Part shown: positions 8,523 to 17,795 of the stretch, in pieces
Numbering within the stretch: position 1 is the first letter of the stretch
How the letters are laid out: each line of letters opens with the position of its first letter
Virus record (IMG/VR): IMGVR_UViG_3300030397_000658
Location: 1-38,313 of that record
DNA: 38,313 nucleotides
Reading direction: 5' to 3' (one strand)
Source: a virus
Lineage: Duplodnaviria > Caudoviricetes
Notes under the pieces: generated by a model
Seen by the model: the letters and a program-made list of their open reading frames with translations, nothing else
What the model was told of the DNA's origin: nothing
Database searches by the model: none
Made by a program: the position numbers and the translations under genes

Positions 8523-9152
8523 ATGCTCAAACACAAACATACGGGCTTTTTGTATCAACAGCCGGATGATAAGGAAGCGGGCGATCCGCCTCCTGACCCC
8601 GAAAATCGCGATGAGAACGGGTCCGGTAAAGATTACGAAGATAAAGACGGTGCAATTACGGCATTGGAAAAGCGTCTAGCTGAGGCAAAAGAAGAACTCA
8701 GGACGTTGCGAGATGAGACTAAGGATTATAAAGCCTTAAAAGATGCTCAAAAGAAGATGCTGGAAGAACAGGGGAATTTCAAGGCGCTTTACGAGGATAC
8801 TCAGTCGAAAAATGCTGAGTTGGCTCCCAAAGCTGAGGCTTATGAAATTCTGCTGAATGAGATTCGTGATGAGAACAAAGCCCGGATTGCTAATCTCCCT
8901 GCTGACCAGCAAGGCAGTATTGCTCTGATTGCTGAGAAGTTGTCTCCTCAAGATTTGAGGAAATTCTTGAATGATGCTGAAGGTAGCATCATTGGTCAGC
9001 GAAAAGCCCCGGATACCGGAGCGGGTCGGGGAGTGGACTCCGGTGGTGGTAAATCAATTGTATTGACTGCTGAAGAGAGCGCTATGGCAAAGCGTGCTGG
9101 TATGACTGATGAGCAGTATGCTGAGGCAAAGAGCAAAATCTCCGGCAATTAG
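8523..9152 (+). CDS. Capsid scaffolding protein
   Basis: Acidic proline-rich N-terminus, coiled-coil middle, and C-terminal LTAEESAMAKRAGMTDEQYA helix; upstream of the capsid genes. Confidence 0.8.
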   Translation: MLKHKHTGFLYQQPDDKEAGDPPPDPENRDENGSGKDYEDKDGAITALEKRLAEAKEELRTLRDETKDYKALKDAQKKMLEEQGNFKALYEDTQSKNAELAPKAEAYEILLNEIRDENKARIANLPADQQGSIALIAEKLSPQDLRKFLNDAEGSIIGQRKAPDTGAGRGVDSGGGKSIVLTAEESAMAKRAGMTDEQYAEAKSKISGN

Positions 9153-9166
9153 AGAGAGAGGCTTGA

Positions 9167-9592
9167 ATGGCTACAGATACCTCTACAGGTTTCCAATATA
9201 TGGGGCGTATGGGCAATACGCATGAGGAAACCATTCGCGAATTTGTGTTCAAAGATACTGAGACGCTCACCAAGGGCGATCTTGTGAATCTTGAAAGTGG
9301 TGAGGTTGATCTTGCTGCTACAGGTGATACCGCACTGGTCGGTATTGTTCTGGAAACAAAAGCTGGCACTGATAGCGTGACCGAGATTGAGGCGATTGCT
9401 GACCCGGATGCGATTTATTCAGTTTATGATCCGAATGCCCGTTCTTATGGTGATACGCTGGATATTGCTGGCACTACCGGGGCTATGACGGTTGCTGCTA
9501 CATCGAATGCTGACCTGATTGTGGTTGGTGGTTTGCTCGCTACGGAGCGTACTCTTGTCATGATCAATCATGGTAGCCACTTCCTCAACTAA
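9167..9592 (+). CDS. Capsid decoration/cement protein
   Basis: Lies between scaffold and major capsid genes; LTKGDLV motif; Thr/Ala/Gly-rich. Confidence 0.65.
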   Translation: MATDTSTGFQYMGRMGNTHEETIREFVFKDTETLTKGDLVNLESGEVDLAATGDTALVGIVLETKAGTDSVTEIEAIADPDAIYSVYDPNARSYGDTLDIAGTTGAMTVAATSNADLIVVGGLLATERTLVMINHGSHFLN

Positions 9593-9624
9593 GAGGATTA
9601 CAGGCTGATTAAGGAGAATTAATC

Positions 9625-10527
9625 ATGGTATTGAGAGCTTCACAATTTGATAGTCTGCTGACACCGATTATCTATCATCATCTTGATGTGGGTATGAGCC
9701 GTGTTCCTGCTATGCGCTCGCAATTGTTCAATGTGCAACCATCGAACTTGAGTGAGGAAAAAGGTACCGGAATGGGTGCTATGAGTGTGGATGCCTGGGA
9801 TGCTTACAAGTCATCCGGCAAAAAAGGTCGCTTAGACCATGACCAGCTCTATACCCAGACATATACTCATGTAGAGTATCCGGTTGAGCTGGTGGTTGAG
9901 AAAAAACTTCTGCAATTTGACCAGTACGGTCAGATTAATCAGTTTCTGCAACGTGCCGGGCTGAGTGCTGCGACTAAGAAAGAGGTTGATGCTGCGAGTT
10001 TGCTGAACAATGCGTTTGCATCCGGCACAACCTGGTCTGATAGTAAGCCTCTGTGTAGTGCTTCTCATCCGAAAGGACCGAACACGACAGGTACTTATAG
10101 CAATCGTGTGACGACTGCTCTCACGGCTGCAAATTTGAGTGCTGCCCGGACTTTGATGCAACGTTTCAAAGATGACAAGGGCAATGAACTCGGTTTGATG
10201 CCGAATGAGTTATGGGTTCCGCCTGAATTAGAAGATACAGCGCTCCAGATTGTGAATGCGCTGGGTCTTGCCGGGACTGCGAACAATGATGCTAATCCGC
10301 AAGCCGGACGCTGGACGGTCAAACCCTGGCTACGCTTATCTGATGCGAATAACTGGTTTATCGCTGATGGTGTCTGGCGACAAATGGCTGCTAACTGGTA
10401 TGACGTTTCTGAGATGGAAATTATGCTCGTACACGAAAGCACAACCGAACTGGTCTATGAAATCAAGTTGTTCTATTCCTTCGGTGTGGATGACTGGCGA
10501 TGGATACTCGGTGCTGAGGTTAGCTAA
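9625..10527 (+). CDS. Major capsid protein (Mu gpT-like, HK97 fold)
   Basis: DSKPLCSASHP, LWVPPELE and FGVDDWRWILG motifs; 300 aa; strong RBS AAGGAG. Confidence 0.9.
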   Translation: MVLRASQFDSLLTPIIYHHLDVGMSRVPAMRSQLFNVQPSNLSEEKGTGMGAMSVDAWDAYKSSGKKGRLDHDQLYTQTYTHVEYPVELVVEKKLLQFDQYGQINQFLQRAGLSAATKKEVDAASLLNNAFASGTTWSDSKPLCSASHPKGPNTTGTYSNRVTTALTAANLSAARTLMQRFKDDKGNELGLMPNELWVPPELEDTALQIVNALGLAGTANNDANPQAGRWTVKPWLRLSDANNWFIADGVWRQMAANWYDVSEMEIMLVHESTTELVYEIKLFYSFGVDDWRWILGAEVS

Positions 10528-10554
10528 TCACTGCTGACATTTGAAACGATGATA

Positions 10555-10587
10555 AGCCTCGCCCAGACTGACGGGGTGAGGCTTTTT
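10555..10587 (+). terminator. Intrinsic terminator after the major capsid gene
   Basis: AAGCCTCGCCC...GGGGTGAGGCTTTTT hairpin followed by a T run. Confidence 0.75.
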
Positions 10588-10602
10588 AGAAAGAGGTGCT
10601 TT

Positions 10603-11019
10603 GTGAGTAATGTAACAAATATTGACAATGGTCTGGCGATTGACGGGTATCAGATACCGACCTTCGCTGTGATTACGGTGGGTGCTGAGGCTACGAACGT
10701 GGTCAATTGTGCGATTCAGCTTTATGCCGATGAAGATGCTCAGGTTGAGCTGGAGAATGTCGCGACGGTTGATTACTGGTTGAGTGATGATTCCGGTGGT
10801 GCCGGGGTTGCTGCTACTGCTCCCGATGGCGGGATTGCTATCGGTACAGATGGTGATATTCATGAGCTGGTCGCCGGGAAAGCCGGTTATCTGACCAGTG
10901 AAGCGGACGGGGATATTGATGTGGATGTGACCGAGAGTGGTACGGATACATTCTACCTGGTAATTAAGCTCCCGACAGGTCGCTTGATTGTGAGTTCTGC
11001 TCTTGTATTTGCTGCTTAG
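10603..11019 (+). CDS. Putative virion structural protein
   Basis: GTG start after RBS AGAGG; acidic, beta-rich; between capsid and neck genes. Confidence 0.6.
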   Translation: MSNVTNIDNGLAIDGYQIPTFAVITVGAEATNVVNCAIQLYADEDAQVELENVATVDYWLSDDSGGAGVAATAPDGGIAIGTDGDIHELVAGKAGYLTSEADGDIDVDVTESGTDTFYLVIKLPTGRLIVSSALVFAA

Positions 11020-11036
11020 TGATACGGGAGTCGCTG

Positions 11037-11381
11037 ATGGTTTTTACTTACGATGATAGTCTGGCTTCGGATGCGGATCGGGTTCGTTTCTGGACAGGTG
11101 ATACGGTTGAGGCGACTCATCAGTTGAGTGATGCGCTCATTACTGCGCTGATTGATGAGGAGACGGATTATAAGGGTGCTACGATTGCAGCGCTTGAGTA
11201 TTTGCTGGTGAAGATTAATCGTGAGCCAGATACGACTGCTGACTGGTTGCGGATTGCCTGGGGTGGTTCGCGAGAGGGGCTTGAGACTCAGTTGCGCCGG
11301 TTGCAAAAGAAGTGGTCTAAGGGCTATAAGCGGACGGGTTCGAGCAAGCGGGTGAGTCGCTACGATTTGCATACGGATTAG
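11037..11381 (+). CDS. Head-tail connector/adaptor protein
   Basis: FTYD...DRVRFWTGD...LSDALI pattern typical of gp15/gp6-like adaptors; position. Confidence 0.7.
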   Translation: MVFTYDDSLASDADRVRFWTGDTVEATHQLSDALITALIDEETDYKGATIAALEYLLVKINREPDTTADWLRIAWGGSREGLETQLRRLQKKWSKGYKRTGSSKRVSRYDLHTD

Positions 11382-11416
11382 CTCTGAGGAAAAGGGGTTA
11401 TTGAGATTAATTTCAG

Positions 11417-11441
11417 CGGGCGGGATGTATCCCGCCCCTAC
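11417..11441 (-). repeat. REP-like hairpin, copy 5
   Basis: CGGGCGGGATGTATCCCGCCCCTAC. Confidence 0.8.
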
Positions 11442-11459
11442 GTTTTTAATGGCAAAAGC

Positions 11460-11488
11460 GCGTTAGAAGGTAGGGGGGGAAGTATGTT
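11460..11488 (+). promoter_or_regulatory. Putative late promoter of the neck/tail operon
   Basis: GCGTTAG-N16-TATGTT. Confidence 0.65.
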
Positions 11489-11584
11489 TGAGGTATCCGA
11501 TGGGGAGGTCTATTACCCGGATATATCCCATCCGTCTGTGAAGGGTGATAGCGAATAAGCCTCCCCACTTTAATGAGGTTGCTG

Positions 11585-11944
11585 ATGTTACCGGATTGGT
11601 TAAAAGCTCAGGTTCGAGCACGAATCAACGAGAATTTGACAGAGACCTGTGAAATCCGGCGCTATACGGATGCTGTTGATGCTTATGGCAATCCTGAAAA
11701 GACGCTGGTGAGTTCGACTGAATACAGTTGCTTCCTCATCCGGGCGAATCAGGCGAGTGACGGAATGGTCACGGGTGCTGATGTTGCCGAGGTTCAGTAC
11801 GAGGTTCAGCTACCTTACGATGCTGATATTGCTGACGGGGATGAGGTCGTGATTGGTTCCGAGGTGTACCAGACGGTCCAGGTGTATCGCAATCAATCCC
11901 AGAGTGTGATGCGTCAGGCGCGATTGGTGAAAGCAGGTTCGTGA
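11585..11944 (+). CDS. Head closure / head-tail joining protein
   Basis: CEIRR...DAYG...LPYDADIADGDEV...YQTV pattern typical of gp16-like stoppers. Confidence 0.7.
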   Translation: MLPDWLKAQVRARINENLTETCEIRRYTDAVDAYGNPEKTLVSSTEYSCFLIRANQASDGMVTGADVAEVQYEVQLPYDADIADGDEVVIGSEVYQTVQVYRNQSQSVMRQARLVKAGS

Positions 11945-12372
11945 TGGTCAATAAATCATCCAGAGTTGTCATCAAAAAGAATGAGTTCAGAAAGCTTGCG
12001 AAGCTTACGCCTCAAGAAGCCGGGAAGGTGATTAAGGCACTGGCTGAGGAAGGGCGAACTATTGTGGTCGAGAGCATTGAAGATTCACCAGCAGATGGTC
12101 GCCAGTATGCGAGAGGTACTCGAACTCATACAGCGAGTAGTCCGGGCAATCCTCCCAGAACTGATTCGGGGACGCTTAAGAATAGCATTCAGGTTGAACG
12201 GGTGCGGAAATTCTCCCAGCGAATTGTGACCGAGGTTGAGTATGCTGTACCGCTTGAGTTCGGAGTGCCGGAAAGAGGCTTAGAGGCACGTCCATTTTTT
12301 GGTCCGATGGCAATGGAACTTGAGGGCTTAATCCCTGATTTCTTCGATGCTTTCCTTGAGGATAAGGTCTGA
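11941..12372 (+). CDS. HK97 gp10-like tail completion protein
   Basis: ASSPGNPPRTDSGTLKNSI, YAVPLEFG and ARPFFGP motifs. Confidence 0.85.
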   Translation: MMVNKSSRVVIKKNEFRKLAKLTPQEAGKVIKALAEEGRTIVVESIEDSPADGRQYARGTRTHTASSPGNPPRTDSGTLKNSIQVERVRKFSQRIVTEVEYAVPLEFGVPERGLEARPFFGPMAMELEGLIPDFFDAFLEDKV

Positions 12373-12818
12373 TGAGTTCGATGCTGGAGGCGATTGAATA
12401 TTGTCGTGATTTGTTGCTGGCTGACTCATTGCTGGTGAATGGCGACAGCAGTCTTATTTTCGGGGTTGGTTCGAGGGTCTACTGGAATCTGGCACCTGCA
12501 CCCGCACCGGGCACCGAGCAGACTTACCCGTTCGTGATTGGTAATCTGAATGCAGGTGGCGCGAATAATGATTTCAAAACTAATCTGCTGGATTATCGGA
12601 TGCAATGGATTGTGATTAGCCCGGATTTCCAGGAAGCATCTTTTTTAGGTGAGCGAATTTATCAGGTGTTGCATGATGCTTCACCTGCTGACAAGACGGG
12701 TTACTCGGTTTATGCGAGTGAGATGATACAGAAAATTCATCTGCTCTTTATGGATGGTGAACAGCGATTCTACCGGGATGGTGGAATCTTTCGCATACGA
12801 ATGAATGAAACGGTTTGA
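12372..12818 (+). CDS. Tail terminator protein (DUF3168-like)
   Basis: VGSRVYWNLAP...YPFV motif; directly before the tail tube gene. Confidence 0.7.
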   Translation: MSSMLEAIEYCRDLLLADSLLVNGDSSLIFGVGSRVYWNLAPAPAPGTEQTYPFVIGNLNAGGANNDFKTNLLDYRMQWIVISPDFQEASFLGERIYQVLHDASPADKTGYSVYASEMIQKIHLLFMDGEQRFYRDGGIFRIRMNETV

Positions 12819-12828
12819 GAGGTGAATT

Positions 12829-13245
12829 ATGGCTGATAATGCAAAAGATGGTAAGTCATTATATCTGGAATTTGCAGGTGTTGTGATTGATACCGATTAC
12901 CGGGAATTTGACCCGGGTTTAACCGAGGTCAATACGGATAAGACAGCAGGGGCTGACGCTCTGACATCTACCCATAAACTACGGGATACCGTCATTCCGA
13001 CGCTTAGTATTCTGCTGAAAGATAGTGTTGCCAGCGAAGCGATTGCGACGGCACTGGCTCATGGTGCGACAGGTAATCTCATCTGGGGACCCGATGGCAA
13101 TACGGCGGGTGAGCCTAAATGGGGCATTGAAGCGCGAGTAGTCTCGAATGTTGCTCAGAGCTTTAATGCTGAGACCATGATGGATGTGACGTTTGAGAAC
13201 AATGGCACTGACTGGTTGTTTGATGGTCGGACAGATACGTTCTAA
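12829..13245 (+). CDS. Major tail (tube) protein
   Basis: Position, size, and WGPDGNTAGEPK motif. Confidence 0.7.
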   Translation: MADNAKDGKSLYLEFAGVVIDTDYREFDPGLTEVNTDKTAGADALTSTHKLRDTVIPTLSILLKDSVASEAIATALAHGATGNLIWGPDGNTAGEPKWGIEARVVSNVAQSFNAETMMDVTFENNGTDWLFDGRTDTF

Positions 13246-13247
13246 TT

Positions 13248-13272
13248 CGGACGGGATATATCCCGTCCCTAA
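13248..13272 (-). repeat. REP-like hairpin, copy 6
   Basis: CGGACGGGATATATCCCGTCCCTAA, immediately after the tail tube stop. Confidence 0.8.
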
Positions 13273-13299
13273 GATTGCTTATAGATACAGGAGACTGGA

Positions 13300-13836
13300 A
13301 TGGACGTGCTTGAGGAGAATGGTGCTGTTGAGGAACCAACAGAGCCGATTGAATTTGAGACTGAGGAAGATAGTCCGATTGCTGAAGCTGAGGGCTATCG
13401 TTTTGATTTCAGCAAAATTCATGCAACGGATGTAAAAGAATTTTACAATCGCCGGATTAGAGGGAAGATGGTTGAGCCTCTGGTTGCTATCTTGCCTGCT
13501 GTGGAAAATCTGGAGATTGAGTATGAACTACCCGGTGAAATTCCTCTGGTGATTGGTCGGGTGGTGATTGATGCTTTTGTGAAGGCATCCCGGCGCTATA
13601 ACGTTGAATCAGCCAGTGATATTCGTTTCAATGTTGAGGCGATTCAGATGCAAGAGGCTGAAAACTGGATGGTGTGGGCGTTTACGGGCAATGTTGAGAA
13701 ACAGGCTGAATTGCTTGAGAAGTATGCAACGGCTCGCAAAAAGCAATATCAGGATTTGCTTGAGCTTGATTACGAGACTTTCTTGAGTGTCTGTGCAAAG
13801 TTTAATGATGCTCTGCTTGATTTAGGAAAAAACTAG
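13300..13836 (+). CDS. Tail assembly chaperone (gpG-like)
   Basis: Between tail tube and tape measure genes; ends in LGKN* at a slippery site. Confidence 0.75.
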   Translation: MDVLEENGAVEEPTEPIEFETEEDSPIAEAEGYRFDFSKIHATDVKEFYNRRIRGKMVEPLVAILPAVENLEIEYELPGEIPLVIGRVVIDAFVKASRRYNVESASDIRFNVEAIQMQEAENWMVWAFTGNVEKQAELLEKYATARKKQYQDLLELDYETFLSVCAKFNDALLDLGKN

Positions 13837-14105
13837 AATGGGAGATGTTTAAGGCGCTTAAGTTCTCGAACATCTCCCTCAGCAGGAAAAACAAGAAGAA
13901 ATATGAACTCTGGTGGTTCAAAACTCATCTGGATATACAACCATCGGAGTATAAGGCTTTGAGCTTCAGTGAGCGTCAGTCGCTTATGGCGATTCAGAAT
14001 GCTCATGACAAGGTGGATGCTATGAAAGCGGAGCATCGACGGAAGCAACGTAAACCACAGGTTAGGAGAGCGCGGGTCAGGAGGCGACGACCAAGACGAC
14101 GTTAA
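13827..14105 (+). CDS. Tail assembly chaperone extension (gpGT-like) by programmed -1 frameshift
   Basis: Heptamer A AAA AAC at 13827-13833 just before TAG; the -1 frame (LEWEMFKALK...) is open to 14105. Confidence 0.8.
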   Translation, partial: KKLEWEMFKALKFSNISLSRKNKKKYELWWFKTHLDIQPSEYKALSFSERQSLMAIQNAHDKVDAMKAEHRRKQRKPQVRRARVRRRRPRRR

Positions 14106-14123
14106 CTCTGTGGAAATCGCTTT

Positions 14124-16238
14124 ATGGCGACTGTCAGTGAACTTCAAACTCTGTTGACGGTTGATGATGATCAGCTAACGACGGGGTTGAATCGTGGTGA
14201 CAATAAAATACGCGATTTTGCAAGTGGCGCAAGTCGGAAATTAGCGGGTCTGGCTAAAGATTTCGCTATTTTTGGTGTTGGTGCTGCGATTGCGATTGGT
14301 GGTGCTGCTCTCAATGCTTCGATGGATTGGGAGGATAGTTTTGCTGATGTTTCTAAGACGGTCAGTGACCTCAATGAAACAGAGTTGCAAGAGCTTGAGG
14401 ATACACTCCGCAATCTGGCGACTACCGGGGTTACAGGGACGCTGGATGATGCTCATACGCAGCTTGCCGGGATTGCTGCTCTGGGTGGTCAGCTCGGGGT
14501 TGCCGGGCAAGATTTAGACGAATTTACTACGACGGTTGCTGCTTTCGGGGTGGCTGTTGAGAGCATGAATACAGAGGAAGCGGCTGTATTTTTCGCTCAG
14601 TTTGCGAACCTCACCGGGTTAGACATCGCAACGGATGTTGATAACATCGCTGACGCAGTGGTGCATCTCGGGAATAATCTCGCTACGAATGAAGGGAATA
14701 TTGCTAATTTCGGCTTGAGGCTGGGTCAGCTCTCGAATGTAGGGTTTGAGCCGGATGAGATACTCGGCTGGGGTGCTGCTATGGCATCGCTGGGTATCAG
14801 TGCTGAACTGGGTGGTACGAATTTCGCGCTTTCGATTGCGGATATGCAGCGTGCAGCGCGTGATGGCACAACGGAATTAACCACTTTTGCTGATACTGCT
14901 GGCATGACCCGTGAGGAATTTGCCCAGTTAGCTGAAACTGACCCGAGTGCTGCGTTTGATGCTTTCATTTCCGGCTTGAGTGAAATGGACCCGAGTGAAG
15001 TTCAGAGCGCAATGGATGATCTGAATATCACGGGTACGGAGCAACGTCGTGTAATTTCCTCACTTGCCGGGTCTTACGATCTGGTCTCTACCTCGCTTGA
15101 TTTAGCTGAGGAGGGGTTCGAGGGCAATAATGCAGCGATGACCGAGGCTGAGAATAAAGCCGATACGACAGGTGCGAAGCTCAATCTGCTGAAGAATAAT
15201 ATTCATGACCTTGCAATTGAACTTGGCGACAATTTGGCACCGGGTTTTGACCGGGTATTAGACGGTTTATTAGAGCTTACAGGTGCAAATACGAGCAATA
15301 TAACAGAAGGCGCTTATGGATTAACGCTAATCTCCTCAGATGATATTGATACCGGGGGGGCATTCAATGACATTGCGGTTGGTATTGCCGGGATGGTTGA
15401 TGGGATGGAGGAGTTTTTTGGTCTAGCCGGTGAAAACGATGTGGATTGGACTGCATCAACTCAGGCTGCTATAGATGCTTATGCAGCGATGCCCGAGCAA
15501 TTAGGGACTATCGGGACATTGATGCAACAAAATCTCGCGATTGCCTGGGATAATATGGGGCGGGATATTATGGAGTTCACTCTGAGCAGTATTGTGAATC
15601 TCACCACATGGGGTAATGATTTACGTCAGACGATACTGGATGCAACCGGGGGAACGGTGGATATTGCGCCGGACCTGAATCTGGTGACTGATTTCTATCA
15701 GCAGGGACTCAATGATTTGCATCTGGCTGATGCTTTCATCGAAGCCATTCAAGCCGATTTAGCCTCGGGCAATCTGAATTTAGAAGATGATGCTATCACG
15801 ATTGATGGTATCACGTATATGTTTGGTAGTGCCGGGTCTATTGAGATGCTTAACCCTGATTCTTTCGGGTTGGAGGGTAAGGCTGCTGTAGAGGCGGCTC
15901 TGATGGAAGCTTTTGCGAGTGGTGATGAGGAAACCCAGAATTTATTGCTCCCGCTTGCTGCTGAGTTGGATTTGCCGATTGATGAGATTGCTATGCAGGC
16001 GAATACGGATATTGTCGATTCGGTTGAGAATCAGGATTATAGTGCTTCGGTGGTGGTGGATATTGAGCTTACAACGGGGACTATCACGGGTGGTGAAAAC
16101 TTGAACTTGCAGGTTCAGGCGGCGGCTAATCAGTATGCCAACGGGACTACTGTGATTAATTCTTATGGTGAGAATTCAGTAGAGCTGGCGAATAATGTTC
16201 AGCAATCGCAGCGCGACGGGGGCGGTCAGTATGAATAG
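14124..16238 (+). CDS. Tape measure protein (TP901 family core)
   Basis: Ala/Gly-rich helical 704 aa with WEDSFADVSKT, LGGQLG and LGNNLATNE motifs. Confidence 0.9.
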   Translation: MATVSELQTLLTVDDDQLTTGLNRGDNKIRDFASGASRKLAGLAKDFAIFGVGAAIAIGGAALNASMDWEDSFADVSKTVSDLNETELQELEDTLRNLATTGVTGTLDDAHTQLAGIAALGGQLGVAGQDLDEFTTTVAAFGVAVESMNTEEAAVFFAQFANLTGLDIATDVDNIADAVVHLGNNLATNEGNIANFGLRLGQLSNVGFEPDEILGWGAAMASLGISAELGGTNFALSIADMQRAARDGTTELTTFADTAGMTREEFAQLAETDPSAAFDAFISGLSEMDPSEVQSAMDDLNITGTEQRRVISSLAGSYDLVSTSLDLAEEGFEGNNAAMTEAENKADTTGAKLNLLKNNIHDLAIELGDNLAPGFDRVLDGLLELTGANTSNITEGAYGLTLISSDDIDTGGAFNDIAVGIAGMVDGMEEFFGLAGENDVDWTASTQAAIDAYAAMPEQLGTIGTLMQQNLAIAWDNMGRDIMEFTLSSIVNLTTWGNDLRQTILDATGGTVDIAPDLNLVTDFYQQGLNDLHLADAFIEAIQADLASGNLNLEDDAITIDGITYMFGSAGSIEMLNPDSFGLEGKAAVEAALMEAFASGDEETQNLLLPLAAELDLPIDEIAMQANTDIVDSVENQDYSASVVVDIELTTGTITGGENLNLQVQAAANQYANGTTVINSYGENSVELANNVQQSQRDGGGQYE

Positions 16239-17793
16239 TGCTGTTACGGGTCGGTTTCGCTTCTATATTGATTTTGCCGGGGACGGGTCGTTTTCTATTG
16301 CTGATGAGATAACAGCCTATGTCCGGGATGCTCGCTGGACGATTGGCATGAGCAGTCCATATCAGCTTGTGGCGGATGAGACCCGCATTGAATTGACGCT
16401 GGTTAATAAGGATAAACGCTTTTCCCCAGAGGTAACTACGTCTCCTTATTACCCTAATTTAAAGCCCCAGAAGCTGGTGAAAGTTGAGGTGGAGTTGAAC
16501 GGGGTCACGACTCCGCTTTACTTAGGCTTTATTGACCGGATTAACCCGAGTGCTCAGGAGATGACATCCTGCTTGATTACTGCTGTTTCTGCCAAACAGT
16601 ATATCCAAGAGCAGAAATTGAATATGCCATTGCTCCAGAATGTGCGGGCTGATGAGATACTCGAACAGATATTAGAGCGGGTTCATTTGCCCCCATCGAT
16701 GGGTGATGCCTGGTTACTCGGGATTGAGGGAGCGAGTGAACTCGGTGAGAGTACCTATTTGAACGACCTCTCGCTGGCGACTGATTTTGACACCGGGAAT
16801 ACGACATTTGCTTATGTGGCTGATACCTGGGATGCTGATTTTCAGGGTAATCAGTATGTATCGAAAGATTGGGGGACGGGGTTCCGGGGTTACACGGCAA
16901 TTGCTGATGTGGTGAAAGCTGAACTCGGGCGATTTTATTTCGACAGGGAAGGCAAGGCTGTTTTCAAAGCGCGGGATTGGTTGCAAAAGAATGTGACGCT
17001 GGGGGAGAGTTATACGCAATCTGATTTTGTTGCTTCTAAATATGAGTACGGTATCAGAATTTTCAACCGGATTACATCGAAGGCTTATCCGCGTGTGGTG
17101 AGTGCTTCTCCTGAGGTTATCCATGAGAATGCTGACCGTTTTCAGGTGAATGCCGGGAATCGGCGGACATTGCGTACACGATTCACCAGTAATGAGGGAT
17201 ATGAGCTTGCTGCTCTTGACCCTTATATCTCTGACCTGACGCTGGTACCGGGGTCTGCTCAGGCGGATTACGTGGTGGAATGGGAAGCGAGGGGTGGTAA
17301 GTTTGAGTTCAATGCTGAGAGTGCTGCTTATGCTCATACGAATATTGAGATTTCGGCAAATACGGTTAAGAGCTTGAATGAGATTGAGCTGGTCGTAGAA
17401 GATGGTCTGAGTATCTCTCAGTATGGACTTCGCACGATGTCAGTTGATAGTAAGTTGAGTGACAACCAGAACCTTGCTCAGTCGATTGCGGAGTATCGCT
17501 TGAATCAGTGGAAAAACCCGAAAGGGGAGATGCTCTGGGTTGAGTTGTTCTTAGATAGTGATGCGAAGTATGCTCAGGCGTTAAACAGTAGTATCGGGGA
17601 TAGGATAAACATTAGCGATAGTCGGCTGGGGCATGATGCTGACTATTTCATTATCGGAGAGATGTTTGCTTACCGGAAAGATAGCGGGCATAAGGTGCGC
17701 TGGTATCTGGAGCGGGCTGACGGAAATTTTGCCTGGATACTCGGGGAGACCGGGTATAGTGAACTTGGAGAGACCACGTTTTTAGGAGTGTAG
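16231..17793 (+). CDS. Distal tail / baseplate hub-like protein
   Basis: Follows the tape measure gene; ITAYVR, LTLVNKDKRFSP and GRFYFDREGKAVF motifs. Confidence 0.7.
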   Translation: MNSAVTGRFRFYIDFAGDGSFSIADEITAYVRDARWTIGMSSPYQLVADETRIELTLVNKDKRFSPEVTTSPYYPNLKPQKLVKVEVELNGVTTPLYLGFIDRINPSAQEMTSCLITAVSAKQYIQEQKLNMPLLQNVRADEILEQILERVHLPPSMGDAWLLGIEGASELGESTYLNDLSLATDFDTGNTTFAYVADTWDADFQGNQYVSKDWGTGFRGYTAIADVVKAELGRFYFDREGKAVFKARDWLQKNVTLGESYTQSDFVASKYEYGIRIFNRITSKAYPRVVSASPEVIHENADRFQVNAGNRRTLRTRFTSNEGYELAALDPYISDLTLVPGSAQADYVVEWEARGGKFEFNAESAAYAHTNIEISANTVKSLNEIELVVEDGLSISQYGLRTMSVDSKLSDNQNLAQSIAEYRLNQWKNPKGEMLWVELFLDSDAKYAQALNSSIGDRINISDSRLGHDADYFIIGEMFAYRKDSGHKVRWYLERADGNFAWILGETGYSELGETTFLGV

Positions 17794-17795
17794 GG

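Noticed and set aside
4251-11466. GCGTTAG motifs as integron attC core sites (GTTRRRY)
   Set aside because: There is no paired RYYYAAC inverse core or attC-type hairpin upstream. The fixed 16-bp spacing to a -10 hexamer fits a promoter better.
11495-11570. HDV-like ribozyme suggested by the GCGAAT segment
   Set aside because: I could not build convincing P1, P1.1 and P3 pairings by eye, so it is kept only as an unclassified structured leader.
4768-13272. 25-bp palindromic repeats as a CRISPR array
   Set aside because: Copies are hundreds to thousands of bases apart with no regular spacers, and no cas genes are present.
16714-17337. Long antisense ORFs such as 16714-17337, 27196-27618 and 37876-38304
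   Set aside because: They overlap well-supported genes, lack RBSs and recognisable motifs, and are expected shadows of biased codon usage.
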